DNA from: SAR86 cluster bacterium
GTDB taxonomy: Bacteria; Pseudomonadota; Gammaproteobacteria; Magnimaribacterales; TMED112
Reading direction: 5' to 3'
Length of the DNA: 64,000 nucleotides
Assembly (NCBI GenBank): GCA_023703535.1
Contig: CP097967.1
Coordinates: forward strand, 412,543 to 476,542
This document shows, piece after piece, positions 20,225-30,047 of the stretch. Position 1 is the stretch's first letter. The number at the start of each line of letters is the position of its first letter. The notes under the pieces were generated by a model that ran no database searches, had not been told where the DNA came from, and saw nothing but the letters and a program-made list of their open reading frames with translations. A program made the position numbers and the translations under genes.

Positions 20225-20289
20225 TGTTTTTTTGAATCAAATAACAATATATAGGATAAAGTTAAATTTTAAACAGTAAAGCATAATTT

Positions 20290-21918
20290 ATGGCAAGGGA
20301 ATCAATGGATTATGATGTGGTTATCGTAGGCGGTGGCCCATCAGGACTATCTGCTGCAATAAAGCTAGCACAGCTATTCAAAGAAAAAAAACAAGAAAAA
20401 AGCATTTGTGTGCTGGAAAAAAGTGCAGAAATTGGAGGCCACATACTTTCTGGGAATGTCTTTGAAACAACAGCACTTGATGAGCTCATACCTGACTGGA
20501 AAGAAAAAAATGCCCCATTAAACGTCCCTGTTAAAAAGGATGTAATTAAGTTTCTTCTCAATGATAAATTAAGCATTCCTGTTCCATCATTTCTTATGCC
20601 AACAATGAAGAATCATGGCAATTACATTATCAGTCTTGCAAATCTTTGTAGATGGCTAGCTGAACAAGCTGAATCTTTAGGAGTAGATATTTTCCCTGGA
20701 TTTCCTGCTGCAGAAATCATTTACAAAGAGGGAAAAGTTGCAGGAGTTATTACTGGCGATATGGGGAAAGATTCAAAAGGAAATGAAAAAGATTCTTTTC
20801 AACCTGGTATAGAAATTTTTGCAAATGAGTCTACTGTTTTTGCAGAGGGATGTAGAGGAAATCTTGGAAAACAATTGATTAAAAAGTTCGAGCTAGATAA
20901 GGGAAAAGATCCACAACATTACGGGATAGGTTTTAAGGAGATATGGGAAGTTGATAATGAACATCATTCAGAAGGTTTAGTGATGCACACAAATGGATGG
21001 CCATTACCGGACGATACACCTGGAGGTTCATACATGTATCACGCAGAAAATAAGCAAGTATTATTAGGTTTAGTTGTTCCTTTAGATTATAAAAATCCAC
21101 ATTTAAGTCCTTATGATGAATTTCAAAGATGGAAAACACACCCCAGTATCAAGAAATATCTTAAAAAAGGAAAAAGACTTTCATATGGAGCAAGAGCATT
21201 GATAAAAGGTGGACTGCAAAGTCTTCCAAGTATGGACTTCCCAGGAGGACATTTAATTGGTTGTAATGCTGGGACTCTTAACTTTTCAAAGATAAAAGGA
21301 TCACACACAGCTATGAAATCTGGTATTGAAGCTGCAAAAGTTATTTCTGAAAAGATTGATGGCAAAGATGCGACTCTTGATAAACAGCTCAAAGAGACAT
21401 GGCTCTACAAAGAGCTGTATAAATCAAGAAACTTTAATCCCTTCTTTCATAAATTTGGTGGCTTAATTGGAGCAGCTATGAACGTTTTAGATCAGTTAAT
21501 ATTTAGGGGGAAGCTTCCATTTACATTAAATCATCCTGTTCCAGATCATGATTGCCTTAAAGAAGCTAAAGACTGTAAGAAAATTAAATATCCTAAATAT
21601 GATAACGAAATAACATTCGATAAATTAAGTTCAGTTTATTTATCGAATACATATCATGAAGAGGATCAGCCTTGTCACCTAGTTCTAAAAGATCCTGATT
21701 TACCAATTATGCATAATCTTGAGAAATATGATGAGCCTGCACAAAGATATTGTCCTGCAGGAGTTTATGAAGTTGTTGAGGAGAATGGAGAAAAAAGATT
21801 TCAAATTAATTCTCAAAACTGTATACACTGTAAAACTTGTGACATAAAAGAACCTTCACAAAACATAAATTGGATTACACCTGAAGGAGGTGGAGGTCCA
21901 AACTACCCAAATATGTAA
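20290..21918 (+). CDS. electron transfer flavoprotein-ubiquinone oxidoreductase
   Basis: 542 aa with FAD motif VVIVGGGPSGLSAA and the C-terminal 4Fe-4S region CPAGVYE..NCIHCKTCDIK. Divergent from etfBA. Confidence 0.9.
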   Translation: MARESMDYDVVIVGGGPSGLSAAIKLAQLFKEKKQEKSICVLEKSAEIGGHILSGNVFETTALDELIPDWKEKNAPLNVPVKKDVIKFLLNDKLSIPVPSFLMPTMKNHGNYIISLANLCRWLAEQAESLGVDIFPGFPAAEIIYKEGKVAGVITGDMGKDSKGNEKDSFQPGIEIFANESTVFAEGCRGNLGKQLIKKFELDKGKDPQHYGIGFKEIWEVDNEHHSEGLVMHTNGWPLPDDTPGGSYMYHAENKQVLLGLVVPLDYKNPHLSPYDEFQRWKTHPSIKKYLKKGKRLSYGARALIKGGLQSLPSMDFPGGHLIGCNAGTLNFSKIKGSHTAMKSGIEAAKVISEKIDGKDATLDKQLKETWLYKELYKSRNFNPFFHKFGGLIGAAMNVLDQLIFRGKLPFTLNHPVPDHDCLKEAKDCKKIKYPKYDNEITFDKLSSVYLSNTYHEEDQPCHLVLKDPDLPIMHNLEKYDEPAQRYCPAGVYEVVEENGEKRFQINSQNCIHCKTCDIKEPSQNINWITPEGGGGPNYPNM

Positions 21919-21930
21919 TAAAATAGTTGA

Positions 21931-23706
21931 ATGAAATTCTGGCAACTCATTCTAGTTCTGCTTATATCATTTATAGTTGGCTTCTCAACAAACGTCTTTT
22001 ACGAAAATTTTAAACAAAAAGGACCTAACGAGGATCAGGCAAAATTTACTGCGTTTCTAGATGAATATTGGGAATATGTTATCGATCAAAATCCAACATT
22101 TGCTTCACTGTTGGGCTATGAGGGCTATGATGATAAGGTTTCCAGTAATTCAATTTCTGAATTTTACAAGAATAGAGACTTTGAAAAATACGTTATAGAT
22201 GTTTTAGAAAAAATTAATCCTGAGAGCCTAACAGAAGATGATCAACTTAATTACCGATTACTTCTTCTATCGAATGAAACTGATCTTGAGTCTCGTAGTT
22301 TCCCTGGTTTTTACATGCGTCTTAATCAAAGAGGCGGCGTTCAAGATTATTATGATTTAGCTAGCAGACTTAAGCTTGAAAGTATCCAAGACCATAGAAA
22401 TTGGTTTGAAAGAGTAAAGTCTTATTCACAGAACGTAAAAAACTCGCTAGATATAAATAGAGAGGGACTTGAAAAAGGATACACTCAACCGAAACATATC
22501 GTTCGAAAAGTTGCAGAACAGATCGATTCAATGACTTCAAAAAAAACTGAAGAAAACCCTTATTTCAAATCTTTTTCAAAATTAGAGGCGATGAATAGTG
22601 ATGAGGCAAAGGAATTGTTGGCTGAAGTTAAGGAATTTATAGAAGATGAGCTAATGCCATCATATAAAGAATTATCAACATTCTTAAAAAATGAGTACAT
22701 TCCCAATTCACGTGACTCAATAGGGTTAAGTGGAGTGCCTGACGGAAAGGCTTGGTATGAATTTAAAGCGCGATCTTTTACTACTACAAACTTAACACCT
22801 GATGAGATTCATGAACTTGGATTGAAAGAAATTAACAGAATAAGAAAAGAAATGGAAGATGTCATAAAAGAAGTCGAGTGGGATGGAGATTTTAGATCTT
22901 TTTTAGATTTTTTAAGAACAGATCCACAATTTTACTACGAAACTGGTGAAGAGCTTTTAGCTGCTTATAGGGCAATGGCTAAAAAGATAGATGCATACAT
23001 GCCAACTCTTTTTAATAAATTTCCAAGAGCGCCATATGGAGTAATTGAGATTCCAATGGAAACAGCTCCCTACACTACAACTGCATATTACAATAGTCCC
23101 TCCGCAGGTAGACCAGGTTATTTTTATGCAAATTTATATAAACCAGAAACTAGACCTAAATATGAAATTCCAGTTTTAACTGTTCATGAAGCAGTGCCAG
23201 GACATCATCACCAGCTTTCTCTTACTCAGGAACTTGAGAATGTTCCTAATTTCAGAAAGTATTCAGGATTTACAGCTTTCATTGAGGGTTGGGGGCTTTA
23301 CAGTGAGCAATTAGGCGAGAGTATGGGAATTTATGATGATCCCTATGATAAGTTTGGACAACTTACCTATGATATGTGGAGAGCAATTAGGCTTGTTGTA
23401 GATACTGGCATGCATTACAAAGATTGGTCTAGGGATGACGCCATAAATTTATTTTTAGAAAATACTGCTAAAACGCAGTTAGATATTGAAAATGAAGTTG
23501 ATAGATATATTGCATGGCCTGGCCAAGCTCTTGCATATAAAATTGGTCAACTCAAAATCATGGAACTAAGAGACAAAGCTAAAGAAAGTTTAGGAGAAGA
23601 TTTTGATATTAAAACTTTTCATGATCATATTTTAAGTTTTGGCTCTATTCCTTTAAATGTACTTGAAGAAAAGGTAGATGAGTTTATTGTCGAGAATACA
23701 AAATGA
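21931..23706 (+). CDS. DUF885-family protein (metallopeptidase-like HExxH-type motif), exported or anchored
   Basis: 591 aa with N-terminal hydrophobic helix and HEAVPGHHHQ, which is characteristic of DUF885. Confidence 0.7.
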   Translation: MKFWQLILVLLISFIVGFSTNVFYENFKQKGPNEDQAKFTAFLDEYWEYVIDQNPTFASLLGYEGYDDKVSSNSISEFYKNRDFEKYVIDVLEKINPESLTEDDQLNYRLLLLSNETDLESRSFPGFYMRLNQRGGVQDYYDLASRLKLESIQDHRNWFERVKSYSQNVKNSLDINREGLEKGYTQPKHIVRKVAEQIDSMTSKKTEENPYFKSFSKLEAMNSDEAKELLAEVKEFIEDELMPSYKELSTFLKNEYIPNSRDSIGLSGVPDGKAWYEFKARSFTTTNLTPDEIHELGLKEINRIRKEMEDVIKEVEWDGDFRSFLDFLRTDPQFYYETGEELLAAYRAMAKKIDAYMPTLFNKFPRAPYGVIEIPMETAPYTTTAYYNSPSAGRPGYFYANLYKPETRPKYEIPVLTVHEAVPGHHHQLSLTQELENVPNFRKYSGFTAFIEGWGLYSEQLGESMGIYDDPYDKFGQLTYDMWRAIRLVVDTGMHYKDWSRDDAINLFLENTAKTQLDIENEVDRYIAWPGQALAYKIGQLKIMELRDKAKESLGEDFDIKTFHDHILSFGSIPLNVLEEKVDEFIVENTK

Positions 23707-24479
23707 AGTTTCTCAATTTTAAAAAAATAGTTCTTACTTTAATAATTTTTACATCATTTTCAGCACATGCTTATTGGGATAAAGGACATTCAGCAATATG
23801 CCAACTTGCTATTGATAATTTAAGTGAAGAAAGTAAAAAAGAGGTAAATAAAATTATTGGCAATGATAAAAAATGGTGTGTGTGGGCCGACACAATTAAA
23901 AGAGATAGACCTCAAACACGATCCTGGCATTACGTAAATCTACCGGAGGGTGTTTCTGAGTATTCACATGATCACTGTCCAGCAAAGGGGTGTATAGTCA
24001 GCGCATTACTTCAACAAATAGAAATTTTTAAAAATAAAGACGCTTCAAAAAGAAAACGTAAGGAAGCATTAAAATTTATAGGCCACTTTATTGGCGACGT
24101 ACATAATCCCCTTCATATTGGATATTTGAGTGATCTTGGTGGGAACAGGCTTGAAGTAGAGATATGGAATGGTGATAAAACGAATATGCACCGACTTTGG
24201 GATGGTTTGATTCCAAACTATGCTTTAACAAAACCATTAATGTTTTTAGATGTTGAAAAAGCATCCCCAATTGAAATTGGAATGTCGCACGAGGAAAGAG
24301 TTATATATTGGATAAATGAAAATAGAGAAATTTTATTGTCTGATGCAGTTGGTTATGTGGCTAGGCAGTCATTTTTAGATCAGGCTTATTTTGAGAAGAA
24401 TGTGCCAATTGCTTACTATAGAATGTCTTTTGCAGGATCTAGGCTTGCCCATCTCATTGAAGAGCTTTTAGGAAATTAA
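23703..24479 (+). CDS. S1/P1-family nuclease, exported
   Basis: 258 aa. The signal peptide ends SAHAYW (mature N-terminal Trp). Zn-ligand motifs WHYVN and HFIGDVHNPLH are present. The start overlaps the DUF885 stop (ATGA). Confidence 0.8.
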   Translation: MKFLNFKKIVLTLIIFTSFSAHAYWDKGHSAICQLAIDNLSEESKKEVNKIIGNDKKWCVWADTIKRDRPQTRSWHYVNLPEGVSEYSHDHCPAKGCIVSALLQQIEIFKNKDASKRKRKEALKFIGHFIGDVHNPLHIGYLSDLGGNRLEVEIWNGDKTNMHRLWDGLIPNYALTKPLMFLDVEKASPIEIGMSHEERVIYWINENREILLSDAVGYVARQSFLDQAYFEKNVPIAYYRMSFAGSRLAHLIEELLGN

Positions 24480-24982
24480 TTTAAGTAAAAATAATTATTG
24501 TCAGACTCTAAATAAAGTCTATTTCCATCCTGATTCGCATCTGATATTAGCTTATAGAAAACATTTCGGCTAAGCAGCCCCCATACATTATCTTTCAGTT
24601 TAATTTTAGGATAAGGCTGATTATCAATCATAGGAACAGATAAAGGATTATTTTTTGTTAACTTAATCCATTCATCTGTATTGGTTTTAAACATAATAAA
24701 ATTTTCTTCAAACTTATAATCAGTAATAAGAAAAATCTCTTTTTTTACTTTAACTAAAATTTTTTCTGAGGGCGTTACTACAAAATATTCGCCCTTTTCA
24801 TATTTGATCAGTTTTGAAAACAATTGAACCATCTTAATTCTTTCAATTTTTGAGCCGTTATAAAACCACTCAGCATCTGAATTAATTTCAAACTCAACAC
24901 CTTCACAAAGTTTGGGATTCCATTTTTCAACTGGATAGTCCTCTAGCGAGAGAATATTTTCTTCTAATTTACTTAAGTCCAT
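24476..24982 (-). CDS. DUF1285-family protein
   Basis: 168 aa. ..PVEKWNPKLCEGVEFEINSDAEWFYNGSKIERIKMVQLFSKL..YFVVTPSEK matches the DUF1285 pattern as I recall it. Confidence 0.6.
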   Translation of the reverse strand: MDLSKLEENILSLEDYPVEKWNPKLCEGVEFEINSDAEWFYNGSKIERIKMVQLFSKLIKYEKGEYFVVTPSEKILVKVKKEIFLITDYKFEENFIMFKTNTDEWIKLTKNNPLSVPMIDNQPYPKIKLKDNVWGLLSRNVFYKLISDANQDGNRLYLESDNNYFYLN

Positions 24983-25596
24983 ACATATATAATTAGTCCA
25001 ATTCCAACAAATATAAGTCCAATTGAAGAAATTATTACAATCTTTTTTTGAACACTTTTTGTAAGTATGCTTCTACTTCCGAGATTGAGAAAATAGCTCA
25101 AAAACATAAACCAAAGGGATGTAGCAATAAAAAAATATAAAGAAATAAAAATTTGAAATTCTAGAGAAGTTTTTTCAGCAATGCCACCAAATAGTGATAT
25201 AAAAAAAATAAAGGCTTTTACATTTAGAGCGTTAACTAAAAGGCCCTCTCTAAATCCTTTAAATAAATTCTCTTCTTCTTTTCTTTGAGTAGAATTTGCC
25301 AACTCTTCGATTTCGTTATTTCTTAATCCTGAAATTCCTAAATAAAGCAAATACATTCCTCCTAGACTTCCAACAAATACGTAAAGATTAGGGATAATTT
25401 GATAAAGAATTCTAAAAGCGTAAACACTAAACATTGAATGAAGAAATACTCCAAAACCAATAGCAAAAGAGGCTATAAGTGCATATGACAATCTTTTTTG
25501 TAAAGAGGTTTTAACAACATAAAAAAAGTCAGGCCCAGGAGATATAACTGCAAGAAAATGAGCAAAAGCTAATGAAAAAAATATAGAAGCACTCAT
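24973..25596 (-). CDS. LysE/RhtB-family amino-acid exporter
   Basis: 207 aa, six hydrophobic segments, N-terminal ..AVISPGPDFF typical of the LysE family. Confidence 0.7.
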   Translation of the reverse strand: MSASIFFSLAFAHFLAVISPGPDFFYVVKTSLQKRLSYALIASFAIGFGVFLHSMFSVYAFRILYQIIPNLYVFVGSLGGMYLLYLGISGLRNNEIEELANSTQRKEEENLFKGFREGLLVNALNVKAFIFFISLFGGIAEKTSLEFQIFISLYFFIATSLWFMFLSYFLNLGSRSILTKSVQKKIVIISSIGLIFVGIGLIIYVWT

Positions 25597-26585
25597 AGGT
25601 ATATTGGCTCTCTTTCAAGTTTAATACCATAAGTCGCCATAATGACATCAATAACCCTACTCTCAAGTTCTTTTACCTCTCTTGAGGTTGTAATTCCAAA
25701 ATTTACAAACACCAATGAGTGTTTTGATGAAATTCCTAAATTATTTAGCCTCATACCTTTTAGATCTGACTTATCAATCATTTCAGCAGCGGAGAGTTTT
25801 ATTTGATCTCCCTCTCTTTTGAATGTCTTCAATTTCTCTAATTTCTTATTATTTTGAAAAAATTTTTCTGACACTAATGGATTTTTAAAAAAACTTCCAA
25901 CATTTGGGTAATCTGAAGTATTAGGAATTTTAGATTCTCTTAACTCAACAATTTTATTAGCCCAATTCATTGCATATTTAATATCATTAGAATCTTCTTT
26001 AACAGAAAATATTCCTGGAGAGAAGTAACTAGAATTTGGAGAAAATTTCCGATTAAGAATCAGAGTAACTTCATTTATGATTAGATCTTTATTTAATTGA
26101 AATACGCTTTTTCTATAACCAAATTTACAATCTTTATTTAGAAAATTTACAACTTTATTTTTTTTAATATCAAAACACTCTAATTTTTTTACAAATTCTG
26201 AAATTTCTGAACCGTATGCACCAATATTTTGAATGGGTGCAGCACCAACTGATCCGGGAATGCCCGCAAGATTTTCTAGACCAAAACATCCATTTTTAAT
26301 TGTTTTAAAAACTGCCTCGTTCCAATTAACGCCTGCTCCAATTTTTACAGTATTTTTATCTACTTTAAATTTTTTATTTTTCGATTTTGCAACAACATCC
26401 TTGAAGTTTCTTGGAAAAATTGTGTTGGTCCCCTCTCCTAAAGCACATATTCTTAAGTTGTTTTTTTTGCAATAACTATTTAATTTTTTTAATTCATCTA
26501 GATTTTCATATTCAAAAAAAAGTTCTGCCTCTGAACTTAATCTAAGTGAATTTTGATGTTTGAGATTTTTTTTAATTAGATTCAA
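25593..26585 (-). CDS. murB: UDP-N-acetylenolpyruvoylglucosamine reductase
   Basis: 330 aa with FAD-binding N-domain motifs (GEGTN, IPGSVGAAPIQNIGAYG) and C-terminal VGSFFKNP. Confidence 0.85.
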   Translation of the reverse strand: MNLIKKNLKHQNSLRLSSEAELFFEYENLDELKKLNSYCKKNNLRICALGEGTNTIFPRNFKDVVAKSKNKKFKVDKNTVKIGAGVNWNEAVFKTIKNGCFGLENLAGIPGSVGAAPIQNIGAYGSEISEFVKKLECFDIKKNKVVNFLNKDCKFGYRKSVFQLNKDLIINEVTLILNRKFSPNSSYFSPGIFSVKEDSNDIKYAMNWANKIVELRESKIPNTSDYPNVGSFFKNPLVSEKFFQNNKKLEKLKTFKREGDQIKLSAAEMIDKSDLKGMRLNNLGISSKHSLVFVNFGITTSREVKELESRVIDVIMATYGIKLEREPIYL

Positions 26586-27315
26586 TTTCAGTGATATGGT
26601 TTCTAAATTTTTCTAGATCCTCAGGTGTATCTATTCCCCAAGCTTCAAAAGTCTTTACTTCAAGAACATGGATATCGTACCCATTTTCTAATGCTCTTAA
26701 TTGTTCTAGTTTTTCTATCTTTTCAAGTTTTGAATTAGGCAATGAAGAAAATTTTTTTAAAAATGATACTTTATAGCCATACACTCCAATGTGATGAAAC
26801 ATTTCAGCCCCCTCCTCTGCTGAAAAAGGAATTTTTGCCCTAGAGAAATATAATGCTTTTCCATTATTATCAAAAACTACTTTTACTCTATTTTCATCGT
26901 CAATGTTATCGTCTTGGTTAAATTTTTTACAAATAGTTGCGTAGGGGTGAAGATTTACTGACATAAATTCTGCTAGATTATTTACTGCATCAACATCGAT
27001 CAAAGGCTCATCTGCTTGAAGATTGATAACTAGTTCATCGTCACCCATAGATGCACTTTCCACATACTCACAAATTCGATCTGTACCAGAAGAATGATCT
27101 TTATCAGAAAGAAATGGCACACCACCAATTTCTTTAATATGCTCGTATATTTCTTTTGAATCTGTAGCAACCACTACAGAGTTAGCTTTGGTACTTTTGC
27201 TTCTCTCCCATGTTCTCTGAATAATTGTTTTTCCATTAATTTCTTTCAGTAGTTTTCTCTCCAACCTGGTTGAAGCAAGCCTTGCAGGAATTACTATATT
27301 AAAGTTTACGCTCAT
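26572..27315 (-). CDS. kdsB: 3-deoxy-manno-octulosonate cytidylyltransferase (CMP-Kdo synthetase)
   Basis: 247 aa with IPARLASTRLERKLL, QADEPLI and HIGVYGY motifs. Confidence 0.88.
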   Translation of the reverse strand: MSVNFNIVIPARLASTRLERKLLKEINGKTIIQRTWERSKSTKANSVVVATDSKEIYEHIKEIGGVPFLSDKDHSSGTDRICEYVESASMGDDELVINLQADEPLIDVDAVNNLAEFMSVNLHPYATICKKFNQDDNIDDENRVKVVFDNNGKALYFSRAKIPFSAEEGAEMFHHIGVYGYKVSFLKKFSSLPNSKLEKIEKLEQLRALENGYDIHVLEVKTFEAWGIDTPEDLEKFRNHITEIESN

Positions 27316-30046
27316 TCAGTTTATCAGTAATTAATTTTGTGATGTTAACATTTAGTTTTACTTTCATTTTTAAAAACCACATATTTTTTTGTATAAGTTT
27401 CTTATCCATTCTTACTGCATCTTTTTCAGTCATTAGAATAGCTCTTTTGAAATCAAATTTAATGTCATTTTCAGAGAAATAATGATGATCAGGGAAAAAT
27501 TTATGTTCACAAGCAATACCTAGATTTGAAACACTATTTAAAAATCTTTCAGGTTTTGCAATTCCTGATATTAAATTTGCACTTGTCCCAAATGGATAAT
27601 CTTCTATTTCAAATTCATCTCCTGTCTTGATGTTTACCCAACTTGCAGGCTCTAATTCAAAAAAATCAACATTATCCTTATTTCTTCCGCTGTATAAAAA
27701 CAAATCAGTCTTGTTAATTCTCTCTTTTTTATCCCTTAAAGGGCCAGCAGGAATGAATAAGCCATTTCCAAAATCCCTTTTTGAGTCTTCAACAATTATT
27801 TCAAAGTCCCTTCTTAAGCCATGATGTTGAAGGCCATCATCAGAGATAACTATGTCTGTATTTATATTTCTTTGAGCATATGAGACAGCTCTTGCTCTAT
27901 CTCTGTCCACTACTACAGGAAAGCCCCTGTTATAGTGAAATATAGCTTCGTCCCCTACATGTTTTGCATCCGAATCATCATTCAGCTCAACTGTTCCATT
28001 AAAGTTTCCTTTATAGCCCCTTAGAACAATAGTGGGCCTATATCCAACTGTTCTTAAGTCTTTAGCAATTTGACTAACTAAAGGTGTTTTTCCATTTCCT
28101 CCTGCAGATACATTTCCCACAACAATAACAGGAACCTCATCTACCGAAGAAATTTGTCTTCGATTAAATAAGTCTTTTATAGATATTGAAAGCCAATATA
28201 AGAGGCTAATTGGCATTAACAATATGTTTAATATGCCGACCCTATCCCAAAATCCTAATTTTTCAACATAGATTTCTGGTAACACTTTTTCTATTTTAGG
28301 AGTTTCTTTTTCTATTTTTTCTTGCCCCTTCCCTTGAAGCTTGTTGTAAAGCCCTTGTTGTTCCATGAGATCATCATGTTTGCCCATTTGAGTTATTCTT
28401 CCATCTTCAATTACACATATCTTGTCAGCTTTCTCAACGCTGCTAAGCCGATGCGCAATAATGAAAGTGGTTTTATCTTTAGATGCCTTTTCAATAGCCG
28501 TCTGAATAGCCTTTTCAGATTCATTATCTAGTGCAGAAGTTGCTTCATCAAAAATTAAAATAGAAGATTTTTTAAGAAGTGCTCTAGCAATTGCAACCCT
28601 TTGTTTTTCTCCACCAGAAAGTAAAACACCATCATCGCCAATAATTGTGTCAAAACCATCTGGAAGATTTGTTATAAATTCATAAGCGTTAGCATCCTTC
28701 GCAGCTTCATAAATTGCCTTTTCTGTCACTTCCTTTAAACCATAGGTGATGTTATTTCTTATGGTGTCATTAAAAAGAACAGGATCCTGAGAAACATACG
28801 AAATTGCTTCTCTTAAGTCTTTAAGATTAATCTTCCTTATGTCATAACCATCAATCGTAATTTTTCCTTCAAAGGAGTCATAAAATCTATTTAGAAGATT
28901 CACGATAGTAGATTTTCCACTTCCAGATCTCCCTACAAGAGCAATTGTTTCACCTTTTTTTGCAGATATCGATATCTCTTTTAGAACTGGATCAGAGTGC
29001 TCGAGATAAGAAAATGAAACGTTTTCAATTTCTACATTTCCTTCAAGTGTTTGTTGAAGCTTGATGCCAGACTCATGATCCTCTGGATAGCTATCAATAG
29101 TATTGAAAATATCTTCTGCAGCAGCTAGCCCTCTCTGTATTACAGCGTTTAAATTCGACAATTGCCTTATAGGCCTAGCCATTAAACCTGCTGCAGTAAA
29201 AAAAGCTACAAATGATTCAGATGGTAAATTTAATTCATCTAAGTTTGATAAAGCAAGATAACTCATAAGAGCTAATGAGAATGCAACGAAAACTTGAATA
29301 AGCGGGGTAGATAAATTCAATGTACTCTCCATCTTCAGGTTTTGTTTTAAATTCTCATCGTTTGCCCTTTTAAATCTTTCTTTTTCACCATCTTCATTAT
29401 TGAATGATTTAATTTCCCTTGCGCCTGTTGCAATTTCATTACTTACTTGAGTTACTAAGCCCATAATTTCTTGAATTTTTCTAGCTACTCTTCTCATTCT
29501 TTTTCCTGCAAAACTTACAACAACTGCTATTAAGGGTGTTATTACAAGCACAACAACTGTAAGTTTCCAGCTTAAATATAAAAGATAAACAAATAGTCCA
29601 ATAAGCAATAATCCCTCTTTAGCTAAAATTTTTAGGGCATTTGTTGCTGCCCCAGTAATTTGGTTTGTTGTAAATATGATTCTGTTTACAATCTCACCTT
29701 TGGAGGCCAGATCAAAAAAACTCATAGGCTGATAAATTAGAGAGCTGATCAATTCTTCTCTCAGATTATGAACTACTTTTAAACCAACATTAGCCATGAA
29801 GAAATTACCCATATAAAAACCTATTCCTCTAAGTACAGAAACCACTAAAAGAAATAGTGCTAACGAGATTGGACTAAGAAGTTCTGATTGATTTGAATTA
29901 TTTATGTAGCTTATAACTCTTTTAAGCCATTCAACAGCTGATATATCTGCTGCTGCAAATATAAAAAAACCAATAATACTTAGTGAAAATAAACCTTTGT
30001 ATCTAAAGGTGTACTTAAGTAGTCTTGAGTAAATATTTTTATCCAA
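27299..30046 (-). CDS. msbA/lpxK: fused lipid A flippase MsbA / tetraacyldisaccharide 4'-kinase LpxK
   Basis: 915 aa. Residues 1-~570 form an ABC exporter (six TM segments, Walker A GRSGSGKST, signature LSGGEKQR, Walker B ILIFDEATSALD, IIAHRLS). A K/E-rich linker follows. Residues ~600-915 are LpxK (membrane helix plus P-loop VVGNVSAGGNGKTP). Confidence 0.85.
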   Translation of the reverse strand: MDKNIYSRLLKYTFRYKGLFSLSIIGFFIFAAADISAVEWLKRVISYINNSNQSELLSPISLALFLLVVSVLRGIGFYMGNFFMANVGLKVVHNLREELISSLIYQPMSFFDLASKGEIVNRIIFTTNQITGAATNALKILAKEGLLLIGLFVYLLYLSWKLTVVVLVITPLIAVVVSFAGKRMRRVARKIQEIMGLVTQVSNEIATGAREIKSFNNEDGEKERFKRANDENLKQNLKMESTLNLSTPLIQVFVAFSLALMSYLALSNLDELNLPSESFVAFFTAAGLMARPIRQLSNLNAVIQRGLAAAEDIFNTIDSYPEDHESGIKLQQTLEGNVEIENVSFSYLEHSDPVLKEISISAKKGETIALVGRSGSGKSTIVNLLNRFYDSFEGKITIDGYDIRKINLKDLREAISYVSQDPVLFNDTIRNNITYGLKEVTEKAIYEAAKDANAYEFITNLPDGFDTIIGDDGVLLSGGEKQRVAIARALLKKSSILIFDEATSALDNESEKAIQTAIEKASKDKTTFIIAHRLSSVEKADKICVIEDGRITQMGKHDDLMEQQGLYNKLQGKGQEKIEKETPKIEKVLPEIYVEKLGFWDRVGILNILLMPISLLYWLSISIKDLFNRRQISSVDEVPVIVVGNVSAGGNGKTPLVSQIAKDLRTVGYRPTIVLRGYKGNFNGTVELNDDSDAKHVGDEAIFHYNRGFPVVVDRDRARAVSYAQRNINTDIVISDDGLQHHGLRRDFEIIVEDSKRDFGNGLFIPAGPLRDKKERINKTDLFLYSGRNKDNVDFFELEPASWVNIKTGDEFEIEDYPFGTSANLISGIAKPERFLNSVSNLGIACEHKFFPDHHYFSENDIKFDFKRAILMTEKDAVRMDKKLIQKNMWFLKMKVKLNVNITKLITDKLNERKL

Positions 30047-30047
30047 C

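Noticed and set aside
20231-20241. Short palindrome TTTGA-A-TCAAA between etfB and ETF-QO as an operator
   Set aside because: Five-bp AT-rich arms are expected by chance in DNA of this composition, and there is no second copy or extended symmetry.
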